From a virus (lineage: Duplodnaviria > Caudoviricetes): a DNA stretch of 31,187 nt. Both the position numbers and the translations under genes were made by a program. The stretch is taken from the IMG/VR virus record IMGVR_UViG_3300025848_000131, positions 1 through 31,187 of that record; one strand, written 5' to 3'. Numbering within the stretch: position 1 is the first letter of the stretch; the number at the start of each line of letters is the position of its first letter. The notes beneath the pieces are model-generated. The model did not search any database and was not told the DNA's origin. It saw nothing but the letters and a program-made list of their open reading frames with translations. Positions 8,142 through 15,284 of this stretch are shown one piece after another.

Positions 8142-8773
8142 TCGGGAAAATTAATGAGATCAGGTTCATGGCCAGGTACAACAAGGGCAACTACGAGCAT
8201 GAGGAACTCAGCATCTCTGCCGTCCCCCAGGACGGTACGGACCTGAACGATGCCGTCTACGAGTTGAAATCCAAGGTCCTGTCCTACCTGGACCCCAAAT
8301 TCGTGGCGGTGAACCCCACCGTGGGAAACGTGGTGGAGGTCGCCAACCCTACCGCTGCCCCAACTGCATCTGCTCCCGCTGCCACCCCGGCTGAGGCACC
8401 CAAGCGCGGTCGGGGTCGTCCGGTGGTGAACAAGGAGGCGGAGGCACCTACGAAGATCGATGTTCAACAGACCACGGCCCAAACGGATTCTACTCCCGCC
8501 TCTTCTCCACCTCCCACACCTAAGTCCTCTAAGAAGACCATCAAGTACAACCGTACGGTGGACTTCCAGAAGGATGCGCTGGCCAGCAAGCTCAGCGAGC
8601 TCTTCCCCGGCTGGATGGAGGACGAGGCGAAGGTCACCAAGGCCAAGGCGGCGTCCGAGAAGATGCAGGGCAAGGACTTCATGGACAGCGCGGAAGGCGT
8701 GATCTTCCCCGAGTTCATGGAGGAATTCTTGAAGGTGGCAGGGCTTGAGCAATCTAAGAAAAGTCCCTTATAG
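8138..8773 (+). CDS. Hypothetical protein with Pro/Ala/Thr-rich linker and AT-hook-like motif
   Basis: GGAGG RBS, ATGA overlap; PKRGRGRP in a low-complexity middle region. Confidence 0.8.
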   Translation: MIGKINEIRFMARYNKGNYEHEELSISAVPQDGTDLNDAVYELKSKVLSYLDPKFVAVNPTVGNVVEVANPTAAPTASAPAATPAEAPKRGRGRPVVNKEAEAPTKIDVQQTTAQTDSTPASSPPPTPKSSKKTIKYNRTVDFQKDALASKLSELFPGWMEDEAKVTKAKAASEKMQGKDFMDSAEGVIFPEFMEEFLKVAGLEQSKKSPL

Positions 8774-10055
8774 CTACCAGTTGGAGGGTGTCGAGTACGC
8801 TCTCCAACACCATTACTGCGTAATCGGTGATGAGATGGGCCTGGGGAAAACTCTCCAGGCCCTCCTCCTCATGCACCGGACCGGGCTGCCCACCGTCGTG
8901 GTGTGCCCGGGCTACCTGCGGGACAACTGGGAGCGCGAGGCCCAGGAGGCCTTCGCCTTCCCGCCAGTCACCTACGTGGTGCACGATAAGCACGACGCGG
9001 AGTACATCTCCAAGCTCCTCCTGGGGCCCGAGAAGATCGACCTGAACTTGGTCATCCTCTCCTATGATCTCCTGGACAAATGCTCCACGGTGTTCCGCTG
9101 GGCCAAGCTCTACGTGGCCGACGAGTGCCACTACCTGAAGAATATTTCAACCAAAAGAACAAGGACTTTCCATGCCTATGTACAGGCATTTGCTCCTGAT
9201 CGATTTGTCGGATTGTCGGGAACACCTATTAAGAATAACGCGGCAGAGTGGTTTTCCCTCCTCACCCTCTGTTCTTTCAATCCTTCGGCTACCTCCGGGG
9301 TCGATCTTAGAGCAACTGGCGTTCGATCCTTTTACTCATTTGCTGAGATGTTCGCTAATAAACGAGAGCGAAGATTTGGAGGTCGGAAAGTTGTTACTTA
9401 TTCCGGGGTCAAAAATATTGAAAAGCTCAAAGAAATCCTTAAAGGAAAGTACATCCGGCGACTGGCCGACGACATCCTAGAGCTCCCGGAGATCATCGAG
9501 CGGGAGGTCCTGTGCACCTCCGACAACCAGGACACCCTCCTGGGGAAGGCGTGGGCGGGCGAGATCGACAAGGACGCCATCTCCAAGGCGAAGAAGGAGT
9601 GCGCCACCGCCAAGGCCTCCTTCACCCTGGCCACCGCCACCGAGATCCTGGAGCAGGGCGAGGGGCCGGTCATCGTCTTCTCCGACCACCTGGACCCGGT
9701 GGAGCACATCTCCCAAGGCCTGGAGAAGGCGGGCCATCGGGTGGGGGTCATCCAGGGGAGCGTCCCCTCGGACAAGCGCTACGAGATCGTCCAGGAGTTC
9801 CAAAACGGGCGCCTGGACGCCATCGTGGCCACCATCGGCAGCGCTTCTACCGGGTTCACCCTGACCCGCGCCAGGCACATGGTCTTCAACGACATCCCCT
9901 GGGTACCGGCGGACCTCCAGCAGGCGAAGAAGCGATTCCATCGGATCGGGCAGACCCAGAAGTGCTTTGTGCACTATGTTAGTGGGTCCCCTATCGACTC
10001 CATGATTACTCGCACGGTAAAGTCTAAGGCAAGAACCCTAGAGAAAAGCCTATGA
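8745..10055 (+). CDS. SNF2-family (HARP/SMARCAL1-like) helicase
   Basis: YQLEGV, DEMGLGKT, DECH, LSGTPIKN, GFTLT, QAKKRFHRIGQ. Confidence 0.93.
   Translation: MSNLRKVPYSYQLEGVEYALQHHYCVIGDEMGLGKTLQALLLMHRTGLPTVVVCPGYLRDNWEREAQEAFAFPPVTYVVHDKHDAEYISKLLLGPEKIDLNLVILSYDLLDKCSTVFRWAKLYVADECHYLKNISTKRTRTFHAYVQAFAPDRFVGLSGTPIKNNAAEWFSLLTLCSFNPSATSGVDLRATGVRSFYSFAEMFANKRERRFGGRKVVTYSGVKNIEKLKEILKGKYIRRLADDILELPEIIEREVLCTSDNQDTLLGKAWAGEIDKDAISKAKKECATAKASFTLATATEILEQGEGPVIVFSDHLDPVEHISQGLEKAGHRVGVIQGSVPSDKRYEIVQEFQNGRLDAIVATIGSASTGFTLTRARHMVFNDIPWVPADLQQAKKRFHRIGQTQKCFVHYVSGSPIDSMITRTVKSKARTLEKSL
9172..9480 (+). CDS. Candidate overprinted gene in the +1 frame of the helicase (102 aa)
   Basis: AAGGA-6nt-ATG; coincides with loss of GC3 bias in the helicase frame. 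Confidence 0.35.
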   Translation: MPMYRHLLLIDLSDCREHLLRITRQSGFPSSPSVLSILRLPPGSILEQLAFDPFTHLLRCSLINESEDLEVGKLLLIPGSKILKSSKKSLKESTSGDWPTTS

Positions 10056-10800
10056 AAGAGACCATTGCCGTATGGTTTAGCTGCGGGGCCGCCAGCGCGG
10101 TGGCCGCCAAGCTCACTCTCGAAAGGTACGGGGAGACCCACCACGTCCGCATCGTGAACAACCCTGTGAGGGAGGAGGACCAGGACAACCTCCGGTTCTT
10201 GAGGGATGTGGAGAAGTGGTTGGGGCGCCCCATCGAGAGCGCCACCAACCCCAAATACCCAGATTGTTCCGCCATCACCGTCTGGTACGATCGACGGTAT
10301 ATGTCCGGGACCAAGGGCGCCCCGTGCACCACCGAGCTCAAGAAGAGGGCCCGCCTGCACTGGGAGAGTGGGAACCATGTGGACTGGCACGTCCTGGGGT
10401 TCACCGCCGACGAGGCCACCCGGCACAGGCGCTTCATCCTGACGGAGAGGGCCAACGTCCTCCCCGTCCTGATCGACGCCGGGGTGACCAAGGAGGACTG
10501 TTTCAAGGTCCTCCAGGAGGCTAACATCCCCCTTCCCCGCATCTACGGGCTAGGATACCCCAACGCCAATTGTATCGGCTGCGTGAAGGCCACGTCCCCA
10601 CCTACTGGAACCATGTCCGCCAGATGCACCCTGAGGTCTTCGAAGAGAGGGCCAAGCAGTCCAGGGAGATCGGCGCCCGCCTCGCCCGCTACCGCAAAAA
10701 GCGGGTCTTCCTGGACGAGCTCCCGGCGGACGCCAAGGGCAGGAGCATGAAGAAGTGGACCGCCGAGTGCGGGATATTCTGCGAGGAGAAACCCCGATGA
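10052..10800 (+). pseudogene. PAPS-reductase-family (PP-loop, Fe-S) protein split by a single-base frameshift at about 10596-10599
   Basis: WFSCGAASAV, PCTTELKK, YPNANCIGCVK in one frame; TYWNHVRQMHPEVF...ECGIFCEE continues in the -1 frame and ends in ATGA overlap with the amidase. Confidence 0.8.
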
Positions 10801-11264
10801 CCTCCACCATCCGTCGAATCGACCAAATCGTCCTCCACTGCACCGGGAGCGACAACCCCACGGGCAACAAGTTCGAGAACGTCCGCGCCTACCACATGGC
10901 CCCGCCCAACAAGGGCGTCTGGTGGAACGGGAAGTGGATCAAGGGCCGGGGGTTCAAGGACATCGGCTACCACTTCTACATCGACCACTTCGCCAAGCTC
11001 CACCAGGGCCGGAGGGTGGAGGTGGTCGGTGCCCATTGCGAGGGGCACAACGCCCACTCCATCGGCATCTGCCTGGCGGGCGACAAGACCTTCTACCCGG
11101 AACAGTTCGCGGAGCTGGCCACCCTGGTCCGGCGCCTGTGCGTCCTCTTCAACCTCGACCCCCGCACCCAGGTGGTGGGCCATGAAAAATTAGATTTAAA
11201 AGGTAAGACATGCCCTAATTTTGACTGGAGGGCGTGGATAAACAAGGAGTTTCCCGGTGGATAA
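10797..11264 (+). CDS. N-acetylmuramoyl-L-alanine amidase (T7 lysozyme/Amidase_2 type endolysin)
   Basis: IVLHC, DIGYHF, GAHCEGHNAHSIGICL, VVGH, KTCPNFD; GAGGAG RBS before ATG 10797. Confidence 0.93.
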   Translation: MTSTIRRIDQIVLHCTGSDNPTGNKFENVRAYHMAPPNKGVWWNGKWIKGRGFKDIGYHFYIDHFAKLHQGRRVEVVGAHCEGHNAHSIGICLAGDKTFYPEQFAELATLVRRLCVLFNLDPRTQVVGHEKLDLKGKTCPNFDWRAWINKEFPGG

Positions 11265-11844
11265 GGATACAAGAAATCGAGGGCTGTCAGGAGAAGAAAA
11301 GGCGCATTCTAGGCATTTAAGGGTGTTGAAAGAGCGGGAAGAGGCTGAGAAATCAAAAATACTTCAAGAGTCCCCCGACAAGGTGATGGAGAACAAGATC
11401 ATCGCCGAGCAGGAGGAAAAGGTTCGCCGCTACCAAGCCGAGAACAAGCGCCTCTTCAACGAGATCATCGAGGACGGCCTGACCAAGGGGGCGATGGCGG
11501 AGGAACTCAACCGCCTGGCCAACGGCGGCACCGACTTCTCCCTCTTCAACCTCATGCTGGAGCGGGTGGACTTCCGAGAGTGCCACAACATGCTGGAAGC
11601 CATGAGAAAGATGTACGAGAACCTCTGGCCCTTCTACGCCCGCACCATCCTGGAGAACGCCTTCCTGAGGAAGGTCACGGAGAAGGCCGGCGTCGAGAAC
11701 ATGGGACACCGCCTTTCCGAAGCGGAGATGGTTAGGCTTCACGAGATTCTCCAGGGCGAGGTGGACCCGAATGGGCTGGCCCGCCGGACCCTGGAGGAGA
11801 TCCGCGCCCTGGCCAAGAAACGCCGGGAACTCAACCTGTACTGA
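11257..11844 (+). CDS. Hypothetical helical/coiled-coil protein (195 aa)
   Basis: AAGGAG RBS before GTG; GC3-biased codons. Confidence 0.8.
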   Translation: MDKDTRNRGLSGEEKAHSRHLRVLKEREEAEKSKILQESPDKVMENKIIAEQEEKVRRYQAENKRLFNEIIEDGLTKGAMAEELNRLANGGTDFSLFNLMLERVDFRECHNMLEAMRKMYENLWPFYARTILENAFLRKVTEKAGVENMGHRLSEAEMVRLHEILQGEVDPNGLARRTLEEIRALAKKRRELNLY

Positions 11845-11846
11845 CC

Positions 11847-11990
11847 ATGGTCATGTGGAAGATACGATTCTTCCTGCACCATCTCAGATGGCCCACACCG
11901 TACGAAGTACTGGAGAAATTCCATGCAGACCTACTCGAAAACTTCCGAGAAGAACTCCCCTGGGACCCAAGCGGAAAAGTGGAGGACTAG
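11847..11990 (+). CDS. Possible 47-aa protein MVMWKIRFFLHHLRWPTPYEVLEKFHADLLENFREELPWDPSGKVED (absent from ORF track)
   Basis: ATG two bases after the upstream stop; fills the gap; overlaps the next ORF. Confidence 0.45.
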   Translation: MVMWKIRFFLHHLRWPTPYEVLEKFHADLLENFREELPWDPSGKVED

Positions 11991-12117
11991 GGCCCAGGCG
12001 CTGGCGTGGCTGTTGGTCGGGTTGCTGGTGATCATGTCCTGGGCGTTCCTGCTGGCCCTGCCCATCGACACCGAGGTGCACCTGCCCGAGTGCCCATCCA
12101 TCTACTGCCTGGACTAA
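11923..12117 (+). CDS. Small single-TM protein (64 aa)
   Basis: GGAGA RBS; ALAWLLVGLLVIMSWAFLLALPI; C-terminal Cys pair; stop adjoins the terminator. Confidence 0.65.
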   Translation: MQTYSKTSEKNSPGTQAEKWRTRAQALAWLLVGLLVIMSWAFLLALPIDTEVHLPECPSIYCLD

Positions 12118-12148
12118 AAAAGAAGGGCCCTCTCATAAAGGGCCCTTC
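12116..12148 (-). terminator. Terminator at the convergence of the two arms (possibly bidirectional)
   Basis: 10-bp stem GAAGGGCCCT/AGGGCCCTTC with a U6 tract on the - strand. Confidence 0.85.
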
Positions 12149-12181
12149 GTCTTGAAGAAAATGGCGAGACAGACATTTACT

Positions 12182-12679
12182 TCAAGGAGTCACGTTCCAG
12201 TATTCCACCGGCAGGAGGATGTAGCCGTCGGTCACGGCGACCCCGCCAGGGCCGATGTTGGCCGTCAGGGTGCAGCCGTCCGAGGTGTACACGGAGGTGG
12301 CGGCGGTGCCCGTCGGGATGCCTTCCTTCTTCGACCCGGCCGTGATGTTCGATCCGGTGGAGTAGGCCACCGCGGCCACCAGGTCGGCGGAGGTCTCGCA
12401 ACCGAAGGAGATGAGGTTGTTGGAGGCGGAGGCGACCGCTTCTTTGATGAAGACGAAGGAGCGCACGATCAGGGACGCCGGGGGGATGCTCACGTTCAGG
12501 GAGACCGCGTCCCCGCTGGCCAAGGAGCTGTCCACCTTGAGCTGGGCGACCACGACCTTCTTTCCATCGAGTTCCTTGAACTTCTTCTGGATGGCCGGGG
12601 GGATGGGGGACTTGGAAGTCACCGCCCACGACACCCCGGTCGAGAGCAGAAGGGCCAGGCCCAGGATCAGGTTCCTCAT
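12182..12679 (-). CDS. Exported protein resembling the capsid cement/decoration protein (165 aa)
   Basis: AAGGAG RBS; signal peptide MRNLILGLALLLSTGVSWA; colinear similarity by eye to 28259..28732. Confidence 0.75.
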   Translation of the reverse strand: MRNLILGLALLLSTGVSWAVTSKSPIPPAIQKKFKELDGKKVVVAQLKVDSSLASGDAVSLNVSIPPASLIVRSFVFIKEAVASASNNLISFGCETSADLVAAVAYSTGSNITAGSKKEGIPTGTAATSVYTSDGCTLTANIGPGGVAVTDGYILLPVEYWNVTP

Positions 12680-12683
12680 GGGG

Positions 12684-13769
12684 TCACTCCTTGCAAGGTG
12701 ATTGAATAATTTTAGCGTAGCACAAGATCATTAAAAGTGTAGTGGCCGAGATGTGGAAAGTGAGGTTCCCGAACGAGTTGACCCACAGGATCAAGAAAGC
12801 GTAGAACCAGGCGCTCGACCGGTCCCGGACCTGCAGCAGGAGGGCGGCCAAGGCGGCCAGCCCCGCCACCCCCCAGGCGGCGTGCACCTCCATAGGCTCG
12901 CTGTGGAGCTGGAGGAAGATCAGGTTCCCGTCCCGGTACACCGAGCGGAAGGTGTCGTGCACGTACCCCACCCCACGCCCCAGGAGGTGGTCCAGGGAGG
13001 CCCAGGACCCCACGTGCTCGCCCCACTTGGACCACGCCGGCACCCGCCCGCTGGTGGAGGCCCAGGCGCTGTCCCGGACCATCCAAAGCCCCGCCAGGAC
13101 GTGGATCCCCGCCAGCCCCACCAGGACCTTCCCGTTCTTCTGCCGGGCGATCCACCACACCCCTGCCGCCAGGACCCCGGCCCACGCCATGGTGGAGTTG
13201 CACAGGTACAGCCCGTAGAGGGCGGGGGCCAGCAGGGGCCAGGACCAACGGGTCAGGAGGAAAGGCACCATGGCCGCCAGCAAGGGGGCGGAAATCGAGG
13301 GGTTGTGCAGGACGCCCATGATGGTGTTGGTGGTGTCCGCGGACCCCCCGGTGGCCCAGTTCCGGCGCAGCCCGACCCAGTTCCAGGGATCGGTTCCCAG
13401 GGAGTTGGCCACCAGCCACACCACCTGCACCGCCACCGAGGCGTAGATGAAGGGCAGGATCCGCTTCCAGTCCCGGGGCGTGAACTCCATCCCCTGGGCA
13501 AGAATTGACCACCCCGCCATGACCATGAGGGACTGGTGGTACACTGAGACCGAATAGGGGTGGTACTGGTTCCAGAAGGTCAGGAGGGCGATGGCCACGA
13601 AGGCGGTCAGGATCGTGCCTTTAAAGGCCCTGGCCCCGAACATCCCTATCCCGAGCAGGGCCGACCAGAGAAAGAGGCCATCCTTGGCGAACCTCAGGTC
13701 CCCCCCAGGCACCAACCGAAGGAACATGGGGAGTACCAATAGGATAAGGCCCCAATAGACACCACGCAT
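12684..13769 (-). CDS. O-antigen ligase / O-oligosaccharyltransferase-like (Wzy_C/WaaL superfamily) polytopic membrane protein
   Basis: About 10 or more hydrophobic segments; GVLHNPS, LCNSTMAWAG, STSGRVPAW, LLGRGVG, LQLHSEPMEVHAAWGVAG correspond to the NPN, SR, R..W, GxGxG and HN..E.G motifs. Confidence 0.8.
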   Translation of the reverse strand: MRGVYWGLILLVLPMFLRLVPGGDLRFAKDGLFLWSALLGIGMFGARAFKGTILTAFVAIALLTFWNQYHPYSVSVYHQSLMVMAGWSILAQGMEFTPRDWKRILPFIYASVAVQVVWLVANSLGTDPWNWVGLRRNWATGGSADTTNTIMGVLHNPSISAPLLAAMVPFLLTRWSWPLLAPALYGLYLCNSTMAWAGVLAAGVWWIARQKNGKVLVGLAGIHVLAGLWMVRDSAWASTSGRVPAWSKWGEHVGSWASLDHLLGRGVGYVHDTFRSVYRDGNLIFLQLHSEPMEVHAAWGVAGLAALAALLLQVRDRSSAWFYAFLILWVNSFGNLTFHISATTLLMILCYAKIIQSPCKE

Positions 13770-13809
13770 CTAATATCTCCTGTCAGAAGTCCCTACAAAT
13801 GTAGGGCCT

Positions 13810-14148
13810 TTAATATTTTCGATTTCTGGGGACCACACGATAGCCCATGTCGATCAAACGTTGGACTTGCGCCGGATCATTCATGTCGTAGTAGTCCGTC
13901 TGCCCCTCCTTGCATTTAGAGGAGAGGAACACCCTGTCCACGCAATGCCAGTAGTAGAGGTGCCCAGGTCGGAGCTTACTGAAGTACAGAGTCCTTTCCC
14001 CCAGCGGAGGAACGGACAGTGCGAGAGAGCTGGCACAGCCGGCCGCAAAGATCATCAACGACAGCAAAATCTTGGTAGTCTTGGCGGAGATGCTTGGGAA
14101 TCTCTCCCGTAGGGCCCTCATAGATCGGCTTGCGGACTTCCTCGTCAT
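13810..14148 (-). CDS. Putative lipoprotein, o-spanin (Rz1)-like position
   Basis: AGGGAG RBS; ILLSLMIFAAGC lipobox-like; begins inside the upstream ORF in another frame; Cys pair in mature part. Confidence 0.65.
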   Translation of the reverse strand: MTRKSASRSMRALRERFPSISAKTTKILLSLMIFAAGCASSLALSVPPLGERTLYFSKLRPGHLYYWHCVDRVFLSSKCKEGQTDYYDMNDPAQVQRLIDMGYRVVPRNRKY

Positions 14149-14260
14149 ACTCCCTCTCCAGCTTGTGGGCCTCGTCCAGGTACTTGTTCTTGTCCTTGTG
14201 CAGGAGGTACGTGATGCTCATTTTCACACTGGCCAGAAGCTCGGTGAATAGTGCCGTCAT
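13976..14260 (-). CDS. Hypothetical protein in the lysis cluster, Rz-like position (94 aa)
   Basis: Amphipathic N-terminus then charged helix; overlapped by the lipoprotein ORF. Confidence 0.6.
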   Translation of the reverse strand: MTALFTELLASVKMSITYLLHKDKNKYLDEAHKLEREYDEEVRKPIYEGPTGEIPKHLRQDYQDFAVVDDLCGRLCQLSRTVRSSAGGKDSVLQ

Positions 14261-14366
14261 CCTTCCCCCGAATGGCGTTTATGGTCCGCCTGAGACTAGA
14301 AATGGCACCGGGAAGCTCCTTGATAAGGGCCAGAATTGTCCCTATCCGAGCGGCCCAGTGCCACAT
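14145..14366 (-). CDS. Possible small amphipathic protein (73 aa)
   Basis: Starts 3 nt after the previous stop; amphipathic first 35 aa; stop overlaps the lipoprotein ATG. Confidence 0.45.
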   Translation of the reverse strand: MWHWAARIGTILALIKELPGAISSLRRTINAIRGKDDGTIHRASGQCENEHHVPPAQGQEQVPGRGPQAGEGV

Positions 14367-14369
14367 GAC

Positions 14370-14717
14370 TTAGGACTCTTTGGTCTGGAACATGAGGACC
14401 AGGGCGTAGAGCTCCAGGGCCACCTTCAGCCCGGTCTCGACCGCCGCTTCGACGTTCTCCTGCGGGATGTTGAACTCCGCCACCACATAGGCGTGCAGCT
14501 CGGCCTTCTCCTCGGCGTCCAGGTCCAGGAGCTCGTTCTTGATGCCGCTGATGCCGTCGAAGGCCTCGGGCGCCTTGAGCAGCACGGGCAGGGCCAGCGA
14601 GGCCTCCGCGATCTCCAGTTTGCCGTCGGCCAGGGCCACGCCCACGGCGTTGCCGATGCCCAGGCCGAAGCCCAGGAGTTCTTTGGTTTCCTTCACGCCG
14701 AATTTCTTGTCGCCCAT
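14370..14717 (-). CDS. Hypothetical helical protein in the lysis cluster (115 aa)
   Basis: AAGGAGA RBS; strong GC3 bias. Confidence 0.8.
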   Translation of the reverse strand: MGDKKFGVKETKELLGFGLGIGNAVGVALADGKLEIAEASLALPVLLKAPEAFDGISGIKNELLDLDAEEKAELHAYVVAEFNIPQENVEAAVETGLKVALELYALVLMFQTKES

Positions 14718-14732
14718 AGGGTCTCCTTCAGG

Positions 14733-14981
14733 TTAGGGGCCCGAGGGCCCAGGTAGTTTGCAGGTGCGTTCGTCCATTATACACATCCCCAGGAGCAGTC
14801 GGTCAATTTTGTGGTCCTGCCTGTCGATGCGCTGGGAGAGCATGTGCACCTGGTCCTGCACCCGGGTTTCAACCCCGTGAAGTTGCGAGACCGTCACGAA
14901 GGACGTGATGAAGTGGTACAGGAGAAAGCCGGCCAGGGACACCAGGGCGGCAGCGATGTGGGAGCGGAATTCCTTGAACAT
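14733..14981 (-). CDS. Single-TM plus coiled-coil protein (82 aa), holin- or i-spanin-like
   Basis: AGGAGG RBS before ATG 14981; IAAALVSLAGFLLYHFITSFV; C-terminal CIMDERTC. Confidence 0.65.
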   Translation of the reverse strand: MFKEFRSHIAAALVSLAGFLLYHFITSFVTVSQLHGVETRVQDQVHMLSQRIDRQDHKIDRLLLGMCIMDERTCKLPGPSGP

Positions 14982-15011
14982 GGGTGCCTCCTGGTGCCTC
15001 CTTGGCACCGC

Positions 15012-15275
15012 TTACTGGGTGTTTTCCAAATCCTTCAGGAGGATGTCCACGTAGTTCACCACCTGCTCCCGGGCCCTCTCCACCAGGCGGGCCTTCATTT
15101 CCTTGGAGAGAAGGGCCTTAAATTCCGGGGTGAGGGGAGGGGCGATGGAGTCCAGGTAGGCGTCCACCCCGGAGACTTGGGTGTTCATCTTCTGGAGAGC
15201 GGCCTTCTGCTTATCCCCCAGGGCGGCGTAGGAGGAGGAGGACAGGAGGATCAGGGACAGGGTCAAGGTCTTCAT
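15012..15275 (-). CDS. Small exported helical protein (87 aa) directly after the fibre gene
   Basis: AAGGAGA RBS; signal peptide MKTLTLSLILLSSSSYA. Confidence 0.8.
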   Translation of the reverse strand: MKTLTLSLILLSSSSYAALGDKQKAALQKMNTQVSGVDAYLDSIAPPLTPEFKALLSKEMKARLVERAREQVVNYVDILLKDLENTQ

Positions 15276-15284
15276 AAAATCTCC

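Noticed and set aside
8460-8702. Possible overprinted +1 ORF in the 211-aa gene
   Set aside because: Mostly Arg/Pro/Ser shadow composition, poorly spaced RBS; local T-ending codons are explained by the low-complexity linker
2683-8752. Long - strand ORFs opposite GH114, polA and the exonuclease
   Set aside because: Same antisense shadow effect
4346-10055. Intein or intron in polymerase or helicase
   Set aside because: Sizes are normal, motifs are contiguous, no splice-junction signatures
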